Assembly (NCBI GenBank): GCA_902768795.1
Contig: CACXMS010000002.1
Coordinates: 29,871 to 93,870, forward strand
Direction: 5' to 3'
Length of the DNA: 64,000 nt
Source of the DNA: an uncultured Eubacteriales bacterium
GTDB lineage: Bacteria; Bacillota; Clostridia; Christensenellales; CAG-138
Position 1 is the first letter of the stretch. Each line of letters begins with the position of its first letter. Under the pieces are notes generated by a model. It was given only the letters and a program-made list of their open reading frames with translations, was not told where the DNA came from and did no database searches. Below, in pieces: positions 37,593 through 45,863 of the stretch. Made by a program: the position numbers and the translations under genes.

Positions 37593-37621
37593 TTGACAAG
37601 CCGAAGTGCGTTTGATATAAT
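37593..37621 (+). promoter_or_regulatory. Consensus sigma-70 promoter for the tRNA-Ser pair
   Basis: TTGACA (37593-37598), exactly 17 nt of spacer, TATAAT (37616-37621). It lies 13 nt upstream of the first tRNA. Confidence 0.75.
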
Positions 37622-37634
37622 CAAGCGTGCGCGA

Positions 37635-37722
37635 GGAGATGTGTCCGAGCGGTTTAAGGAGGCGGTCTTGAAAACCGTTGATGTGAGAGCATCCGTGGGT
37701 TCGAATCCTACCATCTCCGCCA
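37635..37722 (+). tRNA. tRNA-Ser (anticodon UGA)
   Basis: Acceptor GGAGATG/CATCTCC. Anticodon arm GCGGT-CTTGAAA-ACCGT. Long variable arm. T-loop GTGGGTTCGAATCCTAC. Encoded GCCA 3' end. Confidence 0.92.
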
Positions 37723-37742
37723 TTTTCTCGAGAATTGCATAC

Positions 37743-37835
37743 GCGGAAGTACCCAAGTGGCTATAAGGGGCTCCCCTGCTAAGGGAGTAGACTGGGTTGA
37801 CCGGTGCGAGAGTTCGAATCTCTCCTTCCGCGCCA
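37743..37835 (+). tRNA. tRNA-Ser (anticodon GCU)
   Basis: Acceptor GCGGAAG/CTTCCGC. Anticodon arm CTCCC-CTGCTAA-GGGAG. Long variable arm. GAGAGTTCGAATCTCTC. Encoded GCCA. Confidence 0.92.
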
Positions 37836-37837
37836 CC

Positions 37838-37866
37838 AAAAAAGTCCCTATTTTAGGGACTTTTTC
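37838..37866 (+). terminator. Intrinsic terminator after the tRNA-Ser pair
   Basis: AGTCCCTA (37843-37850) pairs with TAGGGACT (37854-37861), flanked by an A6 run and a T5 run. Confidence 0.85.
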
Positions 37867-37990
37867 TATTTCTGTCTTCTTCAGGTTTTCACCACATAAT
37901 CGGTCTATTTCCAACTTTTTACAACAATCTTCTCATTTTAGTGGTTTTTGGACGAGTTTTTACATCGTTCAGTTTATTAGTACTGAACAC

Positions 37991-38346
37991 ATGATGAACG
38001 ATAGCGTCACGGTTGGCGCTCCCTCTTTCATCGCCCAGATCCATTCCACTGGTGTCAATCGGGGCGTTCCGGTTCTACGAATAGCGGAATACCCCGGTGC
38101 CTTCGCTTCCCATAGCGAAGAAGAATTGCGTCGTAACGCAAGGGAGATCGTCTGGCCGCAGATCGTAACAGCGTTGACGAAACCCGTTGTACAATCCGTG
38201 GTCGACCAATATGCAGCGGCAGGGAAGCGACCCTACGATGAAGTCATACCGGTACGTTTGACGAGGTGCAAGAGTTTTTCTGGGTGAACAACTGGACAAG
38301 CGGGTTGCCCGTGGAGGCGGATTATTGCGTGTTGGAGTGCATTTAG
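37991..38346 (+). pseudogene. Frameshifted/truncated gene fragment of unknown family
   Basis: Frame 2 reads MMNDSVTVGAPSFIAQIHSTGVNRGVPVLRIAEYPGAF...TALTKP... and stops at 38287. Frame 1 continues with ...GTFDEVQEFFWVNNWTSGLPVEADYCVLECI to the stop at 38346. There is no SD, and the fragment overlaps the end of the convergent lipoprotein gene. Confidence 0.35.
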
Positions 38347-39563
38347 TTGTTTCCCACTTTCAAAGTGACGTAGCCAAGATCTACATCGTGCCAGTAGGAA
38401 TCTCCTGTTTTGCCATACAAATCGAAGGGGATCTGTATCTCATGGATATCCTCCGGTTCGAGGGGATCGACAAACAGCACAAAGGAGTAATCCACGGTTT
38501 CATGAGCGGGGATATCTTTGACCTCCACTTCATAGAGGAAATACTGCCCATTGATCAGCAGCCCGCCCTGATTCGAGAGACCAAAGAGTTTGTTTTGATC
38601 GGTGGTGTTTTCCACTTGGAACGAAAACTCTACCGTCTGCCCATTGGAAAAAACGCCATGTTGGAACACACAACCAGTCACGCTGACTCGCATGCCTTCC
38701 TTCTCCAACAGCCCCCCTTCCTGGATATCCAGGGAAACAGTCGACAGTTTAATCGTAGATGCGGCAGCATTTGCATCGATGGGCCGGCAGGCAGCATGGA
38801 GGGTGTCGAACCAAGACTTCGCCTGCTCATAGGTTACGCCACCCTTGGTATACTGTATTTCGATCCGCGCACCCATATCCTTCGTGAAACAGTAGAGATT
38901 CCGGATATAGCTGGTCACGTCCATTGTGCTTTGGCTGATATCGAAGTATTCCCAGTCCCGATCAGCAATGGTCAGAACTCCCGAATCGATCAGGTTCTCC
39001 TCGTCATTCCATGAAGCATACGTTCGCTGCATCGACTGGCCCTCCTCCGTAGAAGGGTTAAAGAATGTGATAGTAAAGTTGCTGGATTCGTTTTCGCTAC
39101 TCTTATAATAGATGCCCATAAAATCAGCGAACAGCTTGTTTTCCTTGTTGAGCGCATTTATCGCCATTTCGGTGGTGACCCCAGATGAGTTGGCCAAATA
39201 ACGGCTTGAATCGCCTAAAACGAAGGTCCGGTCCTGAAATCCCAGCTCGGCAAACGGGAATTCAAACCCCAGGTATTCGCTGCGGTAGAGTTCATCACTT
39301 AAAAAGCCTATGTTGAAGGGCTTGGGCGTGGGCGTGGGCGTAGGCGTGGGCGTAGGTTCGGGCGTAGGCTCTACCGTGGGCTCGGGCGTGGGCTCGGGTG
39401 TGGGCGCTTCTGTGGTCACGGGGGCCTCGGTGGCCTTGGCTTCGGCGTTGGCGGTGGATGCGCTGGGCGCAGCAGGGGTTTCAGCGGACTGGCCGCAGGC
39501 GGTCAGCGTTAGCAGGCTGAGGCCCAGAACCAACAAGATGACAAAGATGCGTTTCGTGTTCAT
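38343..39563 (-). CDS. Lipoprotein with a Pro/Thr/Glu-rich linker (hypothetical)
   Basis: Signal peptide plus lipobox MNTKRIFVILLVLGLSLLTLTAC. PTPEPTPEPTVEPTPEPTPTPTPTPTPKP linker. SD GAGGT 7 nt upstream of the ATG at 39563. Confidence 0.8.
   Translation of the reverse strand: MNTKRIFVILLVLGLSLLTLTACGQSAETPAAPSASTANAEAKATEAPVTTEAPTPEPTPEPTVEPTPEPTPTPTPTPTPKPFNIGFLSDELYRSEYLGFEFPFAELGFQDRTFVLGDSSRYLANSSGVTTEMAINALNKENKLFADFMGIYYKSSENESSNFTITFFNPSTEEGQSMQRTYASWNDEENLIDSGVLTIADRDWEYFDISQSTMDVTSYIRNLYCFTKDMGARIEIQYTKGGVTYEQAKSWFDTLHAACRPIDANAAASTIKLSTVSLDIQEGGLLEKEGMRVSVTGCVFQHGVFSNGQTVEFSFQVENTTDQNKLFGLSNQGGLLINGQYFLYEVEVKDIPAHETVDYSFVLFVDPLEPEDIHEIQIPFDLYGKTGDSYWHDVDLGYVTLKVGNN
39321..39407. 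repeat. Short tandem hexanucleotide-type repeat (GGCGTG/GGCTCG)n that encodes the lipoprotein PT/PE linker
   Basis: cttgggcgtgggcgtgggcgtaggcgtgggcgtaggttcgggcgtaggctc...gggctcgggcgtgggctcgggtgtgggc. It lies inside the CDS. Confidence 0.8.
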
Positions 39564-40147
39564 ACAGTTTACCTCGATTTAGGATATGGATATAAATAAC
39601 ACGCCAGCGTCCCTGGAAGGGCACATCGCGTGCATTGTCCCGGTATATGAAAAAGGGCAGACTTGCTTGACAAGTGCAACTTACTTGTCTGTCTGAGAAT
39701 GGCCCGATCCGTCATGGATATCAAGTCCTTTTTTGCACTTTTACAATAAATATTATAGCAGGGAAAACAGCGGAAAGCAAGGAAAACACGCGCTGATAAA
39801 GCTGAGGTGAAGAGAAATGAGCGGCGGAAAAAGAGAAATGCAAGAAGAGGCAAAAGTATCTGAAAATGTGGATTGCATTATTCGAAAAGCTCTCTTAAGT
39901 AAAGTATAAGTGGCATAGAAATAAAACTGTGCCGATATGCAGTTGAAATTTACGGAATGTGTATATGGCTGTCTTTCCAATAATTTGACAAAGTCCGTTA
40001 TCAACACTCGCGCCAAAGCGAAAATCCTGTCGACGAAGTCGGCGGGATTTTCGCTTTGTATTCTTCATTCTTCAGTTTTCAGTATTCATTATTCATTGAA
40101 CAGCGACAGGATTTTCGAAATGAATACTGAAGACTTAAGACTGAAAA

Positions 40148-40336
40148 ATGAATAATTGTTGCGAAAGCCGGACTGTGCTTCGGGAGTTCATCGAACGAAT
40201 AGAGGTATCTCATGCGGAGAAAGGCGCGAGGACACGGGAGATTACCATCGTCTATAACTTCATCGGTGCATTTGACTTCAACCGGGCTATCGAAGAAGCC
40301 CACAATACAACTCAAAAAACGCAAAGAACGGCATAG
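40148..40336 (+). pseudogene. C-terminal remnant of a large serine recombinase (DUF4368-like tail)
   Basis: ...RTVLREFIERIEVSHAEKGARTREITIVYNFIGAFDF... matches the conserved tail of Clostridial large serine recombinases. An in-frame TGA lies immediately upstream, and no catalytic domain is present. Confidence 0.55.
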
Positions 40337-40509
40337 CCGTTCAGCTATACCGTTCTTTGTGCCTTTGTTTTTCTAATTCAGGGCGCTTAAAGCGTGCTTT
40401 TTTCAATGCTGTTTGCCCTGCCGGCAAATGATGTGCGCTTCGCTGATGATGCTGCCTGCGGCAATGATGTGTCCTGCGGGAAATGACGGCATACCGCCGA
40501 CGATTTTGA

Positions 40510-40538
40510 TTGCCTGTTTGCGCCGCGTGTGCTATACT
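40510..40538 (+). promoter_or_regulatory. Sigma-70-type promoter for the HIT-family gene
   Basis: TTGCCT (40510-40515), 17-nt spacer ending in TGc, TATACT (40533-40538). Confidence 0.5.
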
Positions 40539-40572
40539 TTTTCCATCAACAGCGGAACGCGAGGTGGAACGA

Positions 40573-40974
40573 ATGTGCTTGTTTTGCGAAATTGCCGCGC
40601 ATCGGGTGACGGCGCATCTTGTGGACGAAACCGACCGCACGGTCACGATTCTGGATACGGATCCGGTGAACGAGGGGCACGTCCTGATCCTCCCGAAGCT
40701 GCATGTCGATTCAATCGTCGATCTGCCGGATGAAACCGTGTTGGAAATGGCGGCCCTGACCCGAAAGCTGGTAAAGGCATTTTCCTCGGTCTATGGCGCT
40801 CCCGGGTACGGCACCATGCAAAACGGCGGCGCGAGCTGCAGTTTCGGGCACTTTCATTTTCATGTGTTCCCGCGCTGGCCCGGGGACGGATACGATTGGA
40901 TCTATCCGGAAGGCGAAAAAGAGGTGTCCGCAAACGTCGCCGCAAAGCTGAAAAACGCAATGAAAACCGTCTGA
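40573..40974 (+). CDS. HIT-family (histidine triad) nucleotide hydrolase/transferase
   Basis: MCLFCEIAA...NEGHVLILPKLHV...FGHFHFHVFPR (HxHxHxx triad). ATG at 40573. Confidence 0.85.
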   Translation: MCLFCEIAAHRVTAHLVDETDRTVTILDTDPVNEGHVLILPKLHVDSIVDLPDETVLEMAALTRKLVKAFSSVYGAPGYGTMQNGGASCSFGHFHFHVFPRWPGDGYDWIYPEGEKEVSANVAAKLKNAMKTV

Positions 40975-40992
40975 ACCGGAAAGGAGCGCCCC

Positions 40993-41535
40993 ATGATCCT
41001 GTTTATCAACGCCTGCGTTCGGCGCGCGTCCAGAACGAAGCGGCTCGCGGACCGTCTGCTTTCGTCGCAGGGCGAACCCGTTACGGAAATCCGGCTCGGC
41101 GAAACGGAATTCCCGCCGACGGATGAAGCGTATCTCCTTCGACGCGACCGTCTGATCGCGGAAAAAAGCTATGACGATCCGATGTTTGCCCATGCCCGGC
41201 AGTTCGCCGCCGCCGACCGGATCGTGATTGCCGCGCCGTACTGGGACCTGTCGTTCCCGGCCGTATTGAAGCAGTATCTTGAGAAAATCAACGTCCCGGG
41301 CGTCACGTTCTGCTACACGCCGGAGGGCGCTTTGCAGGGGCTTTGCCGGGCAAAGGAGCTTATCTATGTATCGACCGCCGGCGGAACCTTCGTTCCGGAC
41401 GAATTCGGGTTCGGCTATGTGAAAACGCTGGCGCAGACGTTCTTCGGGATTTGTAACGTGCGGCACGTTCAGGCGGCGGGTCTGGATCTTGACGGCGCCG
41501 ACCCCGAGCAGATTCTTCGGAACTGTCCGCTCTGA
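40993..41535 (+). CDS. Flavodoxin-like-fold NAD(P)H-dependent oxidoreductase (AzoR/AcpD-like)
   Basis: MILFINACVRRASRTKRLA...ADRIVIAAPYWDLSFPAVLKQYLEKI pattern. Confidence 0.7.
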   Translation: MILFINACVRRASRTKRLADRLLSSQGEPVTEIRLGETEFPPTDEAYLLRRDRLIAEKSYDDPMFAHARQFAAADRIVIAAPYWDLSFPAVLKQYLEKINVPGVTFCYTPEGALQGLCRAKELIYVSTAGGTFVPDEFGFGYVKTLAQTFFGICNVRHVQAAGLDLDGADPEQILRNCPL

Positions 41536-41549
41536 TCCGCTTTCCGGTT

Positions 41550-43001
41550 CTACGGTCGGGCGCCCGTCGGACGGCCCGACTGTTTTGTTTGCGGCGGCTT
41601 TGAGGGCGCCGGCGTTTCGGGCGCGGGCGTCGGCAGCGAGGCCGTCGGCAGCGCCGCGGTCTGGTCTTCGGTCAGCCGCATCGGTTCGCAGTAGACGAAC
41701 ACCTTCCGAAGTCCCTCGGTTTTATGGTCGTGTGAATAGGTGACGAACTCCGACAGGCAGAAGTGCATGGCGTCGCTCGTCGATTTGTAGTAATGCGCCC
41801 ATTCGAAACCGGCGCGGAAAAACGCAAGCTCGTACAGCAGATAGTTCACGCAGGTCTGCGGCACCCCGTTCGGATCGGAACCGTACGTTCCGTCATACGT
41901 AAAGTCGTAATAGATCACGTCGTCGGTCGAAACAAGACCGTTGTAGACAAGATGCTGCTTCACGTCGTCCGCGATCAGCGCCTTGTTTTCGGCGACGTTT
42001 TTGTTCGGCGTCATCGAAGCGTTGACGTCGACCGCCGTCCCGAACGCATGGTGGCTGATCGACTTCAGGCTCGAAGTGAACCGCGATACATAGCACCCGT
42101 TGTATTCGGTGATCAGCCGCGCGGCCGGAATCACGCCCGTATCGCCGTTTGTTCCATGAACCCTTAGATAGGTGGTGTTCAGGTAATCGAACGCCTTTTC
42201 AAAGTACGGAACCGCGTCGACGTGGACGAGCCACGGCGATTCGTCGGGATAGCCCGTGATCGAAGTGATGTATTCGGCTTCCCACTCCGGATCGGCCAGG
42301 ATATACCGCCCGTTCACCCATTGATAGCGGTACAGGAATTTTTTCTCATCGCCGAAGAACTTCAGCGCGTCGTCATGGGAATCCGAAAAATTCTCTTTGG
42401 CGATCGTTTCCCATTCCTCCCCGGCGACGGAAAACCTGCAGCGGTAGATCTCGACCGACTTCATTCCCTCGCACGAGGCGACGATCTTCATCGTATGCAC
42501 GCCGACCTGCAGCTCGGAGAAATCGACAAGCTCCGAAAGCGACGCGCCGCCCCCGATCGGATCGGTCAGCCGGTACGAAGCGGTTTCCAGCGCGGAAAGG
42601 TTGACCGTCTTGCGGTACGGATACGGCGCCTGCACGTTGTGCGAGCAGGAGATGGAGACGGTCACGGCGGTCAGCTTGCGGTTCGAATACACGGTTCCGC
42701 CGAGCGGATAATCCTCGCCGAGCGGAAGCAGCGCGTTTTCCGGCATCGGGTACGCGCTGTCCTTACGGAACGTCAGAAGCGGCGCGGGCGCCTCGGTGGA
42801 CGGAACATAGTCGACCGAAAGCGTCCACGTTTTAGCCGTGGGCGTCGGAGCGTCCGTCTGCGCGGCAGTTTGCGCCGGCGCGCCCGTGAGTACGGAGCGG
42901 AAGGCCGCAAATCCGAGCAGCGTCAAAAGGCCCGACAGTCCGATGCCGCCGAGCACGCCGATCAGAATTTTTCTTCCTCTGCTCCAGGATGAAATCTGCA
43001 C
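41550..43001 (-). CDS. Membrane-anchored M15-family (VanY-like) D-Ala-D-Ala carboxypeptidase domain protein
   Basis: N-terminal TM helix (ILIGVLGGIGLSGLLTLLGFAAF) and the C-terminal SISHHAFGTAVDVN metallopeptidase motif. A GTG at 43001 follows the SD GAGAGGAA. The listed start at 43079 is a TTG with no SD. Confidence 0.7.
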   Translation of the reverse strand: MQISSWSRGRKILIGVLGGIGLSGLLTLLGFAAFRSVLTGAPAQTAAQTDAPTPTAKTWTLSVDYVPSTEAPAPLLTFRKDSAYPMPENALLPLGEDYPLGGTVYSNRKLTAVTVSISCSHNVQAPYPYRKTVNLSALETASYRLTDPIGGGASLSELVDFSELQVGVHTMKIVASCEGMKSVEIYRCRFSVAGEEWETIAKENFSDSHDDALKFFGDEKKFLYRYQWVNGRYILADPEWEAEYITSITGYPDESPWLVHVDAVPYFEKAFDYLNTTYLRVHGTNGDTGVIPAARLITEYNGCYVSRFTSSLKSISHHAFGTAVDVNASMTPNKNVAENKALIADDVKQHLVYNGLVSTDDVIYYDFTYDGTYGSDPNGVPQTCVNYLLYELAFFRAGFEWAHYYKSTSDAMHFCLSEFVTYSHDHKTEGLRKVFVYCEPMRLTEDQTAALPTASLPTPAPETPAPSKPPQTKQSGRPTGARP

Positions 43002-43238
43002 AGTCCGTTCCTCTCGCCGGGGCTTTTCCGACCTCTGCCGGAACCCCGTTTTTGTTATTGTATCACAGCGCCGAAACAAAGTTGTGTTGTAACTGTAAAC
43101 AATTCCGAAAAAACGCGGCGCGCCGCGGATGAAATATCAAGAATATGTAAAATAATGCTTGCATCCGCGGCGAAATTGTGGCACTATTAAGAGGAGGGGG
43201 GTTTCCTCGCCGGAAAACATTTGCATAAGGGGAAGGAT

Positions 43239-44645
43239 ATGAAAAAGTTTTTTCATTGGCTCAATCGCCTGCCCGCGTTCCGCAAATTGAGCGTACAGGA
43301 GTTTTCCTGGGTGCTGTATGACGTCGGCAACTCGGCGTACACAATGCTGGCCTGCTCGCTGATCCCGATCTGGTTCAAGGCGCTGGCCGTCAAGGAAGTG
43401 TCGGAGGGCGTCGCAGCCGAAGGGTTCTTAACGCAGGTTACTGCGACGGGGGCCTATTCGCTGGTTCTGTCGATCGTCACGATCATCATCGCGCTGCTCG
43501 GGCCGGTGCTCGGCGCGCTTGCCGACCGAAAGGAAACGAAAAAGATCTTCTTCACGACGACCGTCGCCATCGGCGTCGTCGGCTGCCTGCTGAACGGCGC
43601 GGCGTGGAGCTGGATTCTGTTCCTGATCCTGTACGTGATCACGAAGGTGTCCTATCAGGCGTCGCTGACGTTCTACGATTCGATGCTCAACGACGTAACG
43701 ACCGAGGAGCGCATGGACCGCGTCAGCTCCTACGGGTACGCCTGGGGCTATATCGGCTCGTGCATCCCGTTTCTGATCGCGCTCGTCGCTTATGTCATTT
43801 CCGGCGGCATGCTCGATATTCTCCCGCCGCTGGTCGGCAAGCTCATCGGCTTCGGCATCACGGCGGCATGGTGGCTGCTCGTCACGATCCCGCTGATCAA
43901 AAACTATAAGCAGAACAACTATGTCGAAACGGAGCACACGTCCATCGGCAAAGTGTTCAAGGGTATTCTGAAAACCTTCAAGAGGATCATGCTCGAGGAC
44001 AGAAAGGTTCTTTTCTTCCTGATCGCGTTCTTCCTCTATATCGACGGCGTCGGCACGATCATCGACAACTGCATCAACATCGGAACCCCGATGATCAGCG
44101 AGGATCCTTCCTTGCAGAAATATGTCGACGTGTTCCTGGTCATCTTCCTGCTTGCGACGCAGGTCGTGGCGTTTGCCGGTTCGCTCGTATTCGCCGCGCT
44201 GTCCAAGAAGTTCAAGACCGTTCCGCTGATCCTCGTCTGCATCGCCGGGTACTTTGCGGTTTGCCTCTATGCGCTGCGGCTTGACAAACTGTATCAGTTC
44301 GCCATTTTGGCGTTCGGCGTCGGCTGCTTCCAGGGCTCGATCCAGTCGCTGTCCCGCTCCTACTATTCGAAGATCATTCCGCCCGAGAATTCCGGCGAAT
44401 ACTTCGGCATCTACGATATCTTCTCGAAGGGCGCTTCGTTCCTCGGCTCCTTCGTGATCTGGATCGTGCTGAGCATCGTTCCGAAAGGCGTTTCCGTCGG
44501 CTCGTTCACGATCCGGCCTTACAACCTCGCCGTCGCGATGCTGGCCGTCTTCTTCGCGCTCGGCTTCGTGTTCCTGATCATCTCGAGTAAGCAAAAGTCT
44601 CTGCGCGGCGCACAGGAAGACGCGCAGGAAGGCGCGCAGGAATAA
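43239..44645 (+). CDS. MFS transporter (UMF1/Atg22-like family)
   Basis: About 12 TM helices. N-terminus ...FSWVLYDVGNSAYTMLA. The ATG at 43239 follows AAGGGGAAGGA. Confidence 0.75.
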   Translation: MKKFFHWLNRLPAFRKLSVQEFSWVLYDVGNSAYTMLACSLIPIWFKALAVKEVSEGVAAEGFLTQVTATGAYSLVLSIVTIIIALLGPVLGALADRKETKKIFFTTTVAIGVVGCLLNGAAWSWILFLILYVITKVSYQASLTFYDSMLNDVTTEERMDRVSSYGYAWGYIGSCIPFLIALVAYVISGGMLDILPPLVGKLIGFGITAAWWLLVTIPLIKNYKQNNYVETEHTSIGKVFKGILKTFKRIMLEDRKVLFFLIAFFLYIDGVGTIIDNCINIGTPMISEDPSLQKYVDVFLVIFLLATQVVAFAGSLVFAALSKKFKTVPLILVCIAGYFAVCLYALRLDKLYQFAILAFGVGCFQGSIQSLSRSYYSKIIPPENSGEYFGIYDIFSKGASFLGSFVIWIVLSIVPKGVSVGSFTIRPYNLAVAMLAVFFALGFVFLIISSKQKSLRGAQEDAQEGAQE

Positions 44646-44664
44646 TCATCTTTCGCAAAGAACC

Positions 44665-44695
44665 GAGCTGTGAGGGGTTCCTCACAGCTCGTTTT
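44665..44695 (+). terminator. Intrinsic terminator after the MFS gene
   Basis: GAGCTGTGAGG (44665-44675) pairs with CCTCACAGCTC (44680-44690). GTTTT follows. Confidence 0.8.
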
Positions 44696-44723
44696 CATGC
44701 CAAAAACCTTTTGCAGCAGCCCG

Positions 44724-45863
44724 TCAAGTCTGTTCGCAAATGTTTTGCGACAGCCCGTTGGTAAAAACCGAGCGGATGCGGTACTTTTCGTCGCATACGA
44801 CAAAGTCCGCGCGCTTGCCCGGCGCGATCGAGCCGAGCTCGTCTGCCACGCCGATTGCTTCCGCAGGGCGCAGCGACGCCGCGCGGATCGCCGTATCCTC
44901 CGGGATGCCGAAGCGGATCGCGTTTGTCATGCCCTCCCAAAGCGTGATCACGCTGCCCGCAAGCGTTCCGTCGCCGAGCCGCGCCGCATGATCGGAAAGA
45001 AAAACGGGCTGCCCGCCGAGCTCATACGTGCCGTCCGGCATGCCGCAGCAGCGGATCGCATCGGAAATCAGGCAGACGCGCTCCGGGAACAGCCGGAACG
45101 CGGCCCGCACGGCGCTCGGATGCACATGCACGCCGTCTGCGATCAGTTCGGCAAGGACGCCGCGCTCGGACGCCGCGCCGATCACGCCCGGTTCGCGGTG
45201 CAAAAGCGGCGGCATGGCGTTGAACAGATGTGTCAGCTGGCTTGCGCCGGCGTCGAACGCCGCCGACGCCGTCGAATACTCCGCGTCCGTATGCGCGACC
45301 GATACGCGGCAGAGCTTGCTCGCCGCGCGAATGAACGAACCCGCGTCCTCCGTTTCGGGCGCGACGTCCACAATCCGGATGATACCGCCGCAGTCGTCAT
45401 ACAGCCGCCGGAACGCTTCCAAATCCGGCTTTCTGAGGTATGCCGCGTTATGCGCGCCCTTTCGCCGCTCGGACAAATACGGCCCCTCCATCCGGGCGCC
45501 GAGAACGCGCGCCGCCCCGTCCGGGCGGCTGTCCCGCAGCGTTTTTACCGCTGCAAGCGCGTGCTTCAGCGTCTCCGAAGGCAGCGTCACCGCCGTCGGA
45601 ACGAAAGACGTCACGCCGTTTTGCAAAAGAAACCGCGCCATTCGCAGGAGCGCGGCCGGTTCTCCGTCGGAAACGTCCGCGCCGCAGCCGCCGTGTATAT
45701 GCAGGTCGATCAGCCCCGGCAGCACGCGCATCCCGCCGAGATCGACCGCGTCCGGCTCTTCCGGCGCGTCCGCCGTCACCGAAACAAACCTTCCGTTTTC
45801 GACGCAAAATCCGCCGCGAACGTACCCTCTCTCCGTAAAAATCCATCCGTTCCGATACCGCAT
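44724..45863 (-). CDS. nagA: N-acetylglucosamine-6-phosphate deacetylase
   Basis: PGLIDLHIHGGCGADV...THLFNAM...ISDAI... amidohydrolase/NagA motifs. The ATG at 45863 follows GGGGGAAG. Confidence 0.88.
   Translation of the reverse strand: MRYRNGWIFTERGYVRGGFCVENGRFVSVTADAPEEPDAVDLGGMRVLPGLIDLHIHGGCGADVSDGEPAALLRMARFLLQNGVTSFVPTAVTLPSETLKHALAAVKTLRDSRPDGAARVLGARMEGPYLSERRKGAHNAAYLRKPDLEAFRRLYDDCGGIIRIVDVAPETEDAGSFIRAASKLCRVSVAHTDAEYSTASAAFDAGASQLTHLFNAMPPLLHREPGVIGAASERGVLAELIADGVHVHPSAVRAAFRLFPERVCLISDAIRCCGMPDGTYELGGQPVFLSDHAARLGDGTLAGSVITLWEGMTNAIRFGIPEDTAIRAASLRPAEAIGVADELGSIAPGKRADFVVCDEKYRIRSVFTNGLSQNICEQT

Larger units (their letters stand above)
37867..40400. mobile_element. Lower-GC islet next to the tRNA-Ser genes, probably a decayed integrative-element remnant
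   Basis: It is visibly AT-richer than both flanks. It starts right after the tRNA terminator. It holds one intact lipoprotein gene, a frameshifted gene fragment, about 600 bp of noncoding DNA with inverted repeats, and the C-terminal tail of a serine recombinase. Confidence 0.45.

Noticed and set aside
38239-38241. An in-frame TGA at the frame junction of the 37991-38346 fragment, considered as a possible selenocysteine codon.
   Set aside because: Upstream of this TGA, frame 1 translates to nonsense (DRNSVDETRCTIRGRPICSGREATLR). The meaningful upstream sequence is in frame 2, so this is a frameshift in a decayed gene, not recoding. No SECIS-like hairpin is evident.
37757-38287. The 176-aa ORF as listed in the track.
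   Set aside because: Its first approximately 80 codons run through tRNA-Ser(GCU), the tRNA terminator and AT-rich noncoding DNA. Only the segment from about 37991 looks like former coding sequence, and I report that as a pseudogene fragment.
39321-39407. Tandem GGCGTG/GGCTCG-type repeats that could be mistaken for a repeat array or CRISPR.
   Set aside because: The repeat unit is 6 nt with no spacers. It lies in frame within the lipoprotein CDS and encodes the PTPEPTPEP linker.
39817-39909. 30-codon ORF (MSGGKREMQEEAKVSENVDCIIRKALLSKV) with an SD-like GAGGTG 7 nt upstream, in the noncoding part of the islet.
   Set aside because: It is too short and has no recognisable similarity. It could equally be a relic of a decayed gene. 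Ribosome-profiling or conservation data would be needed to support it.
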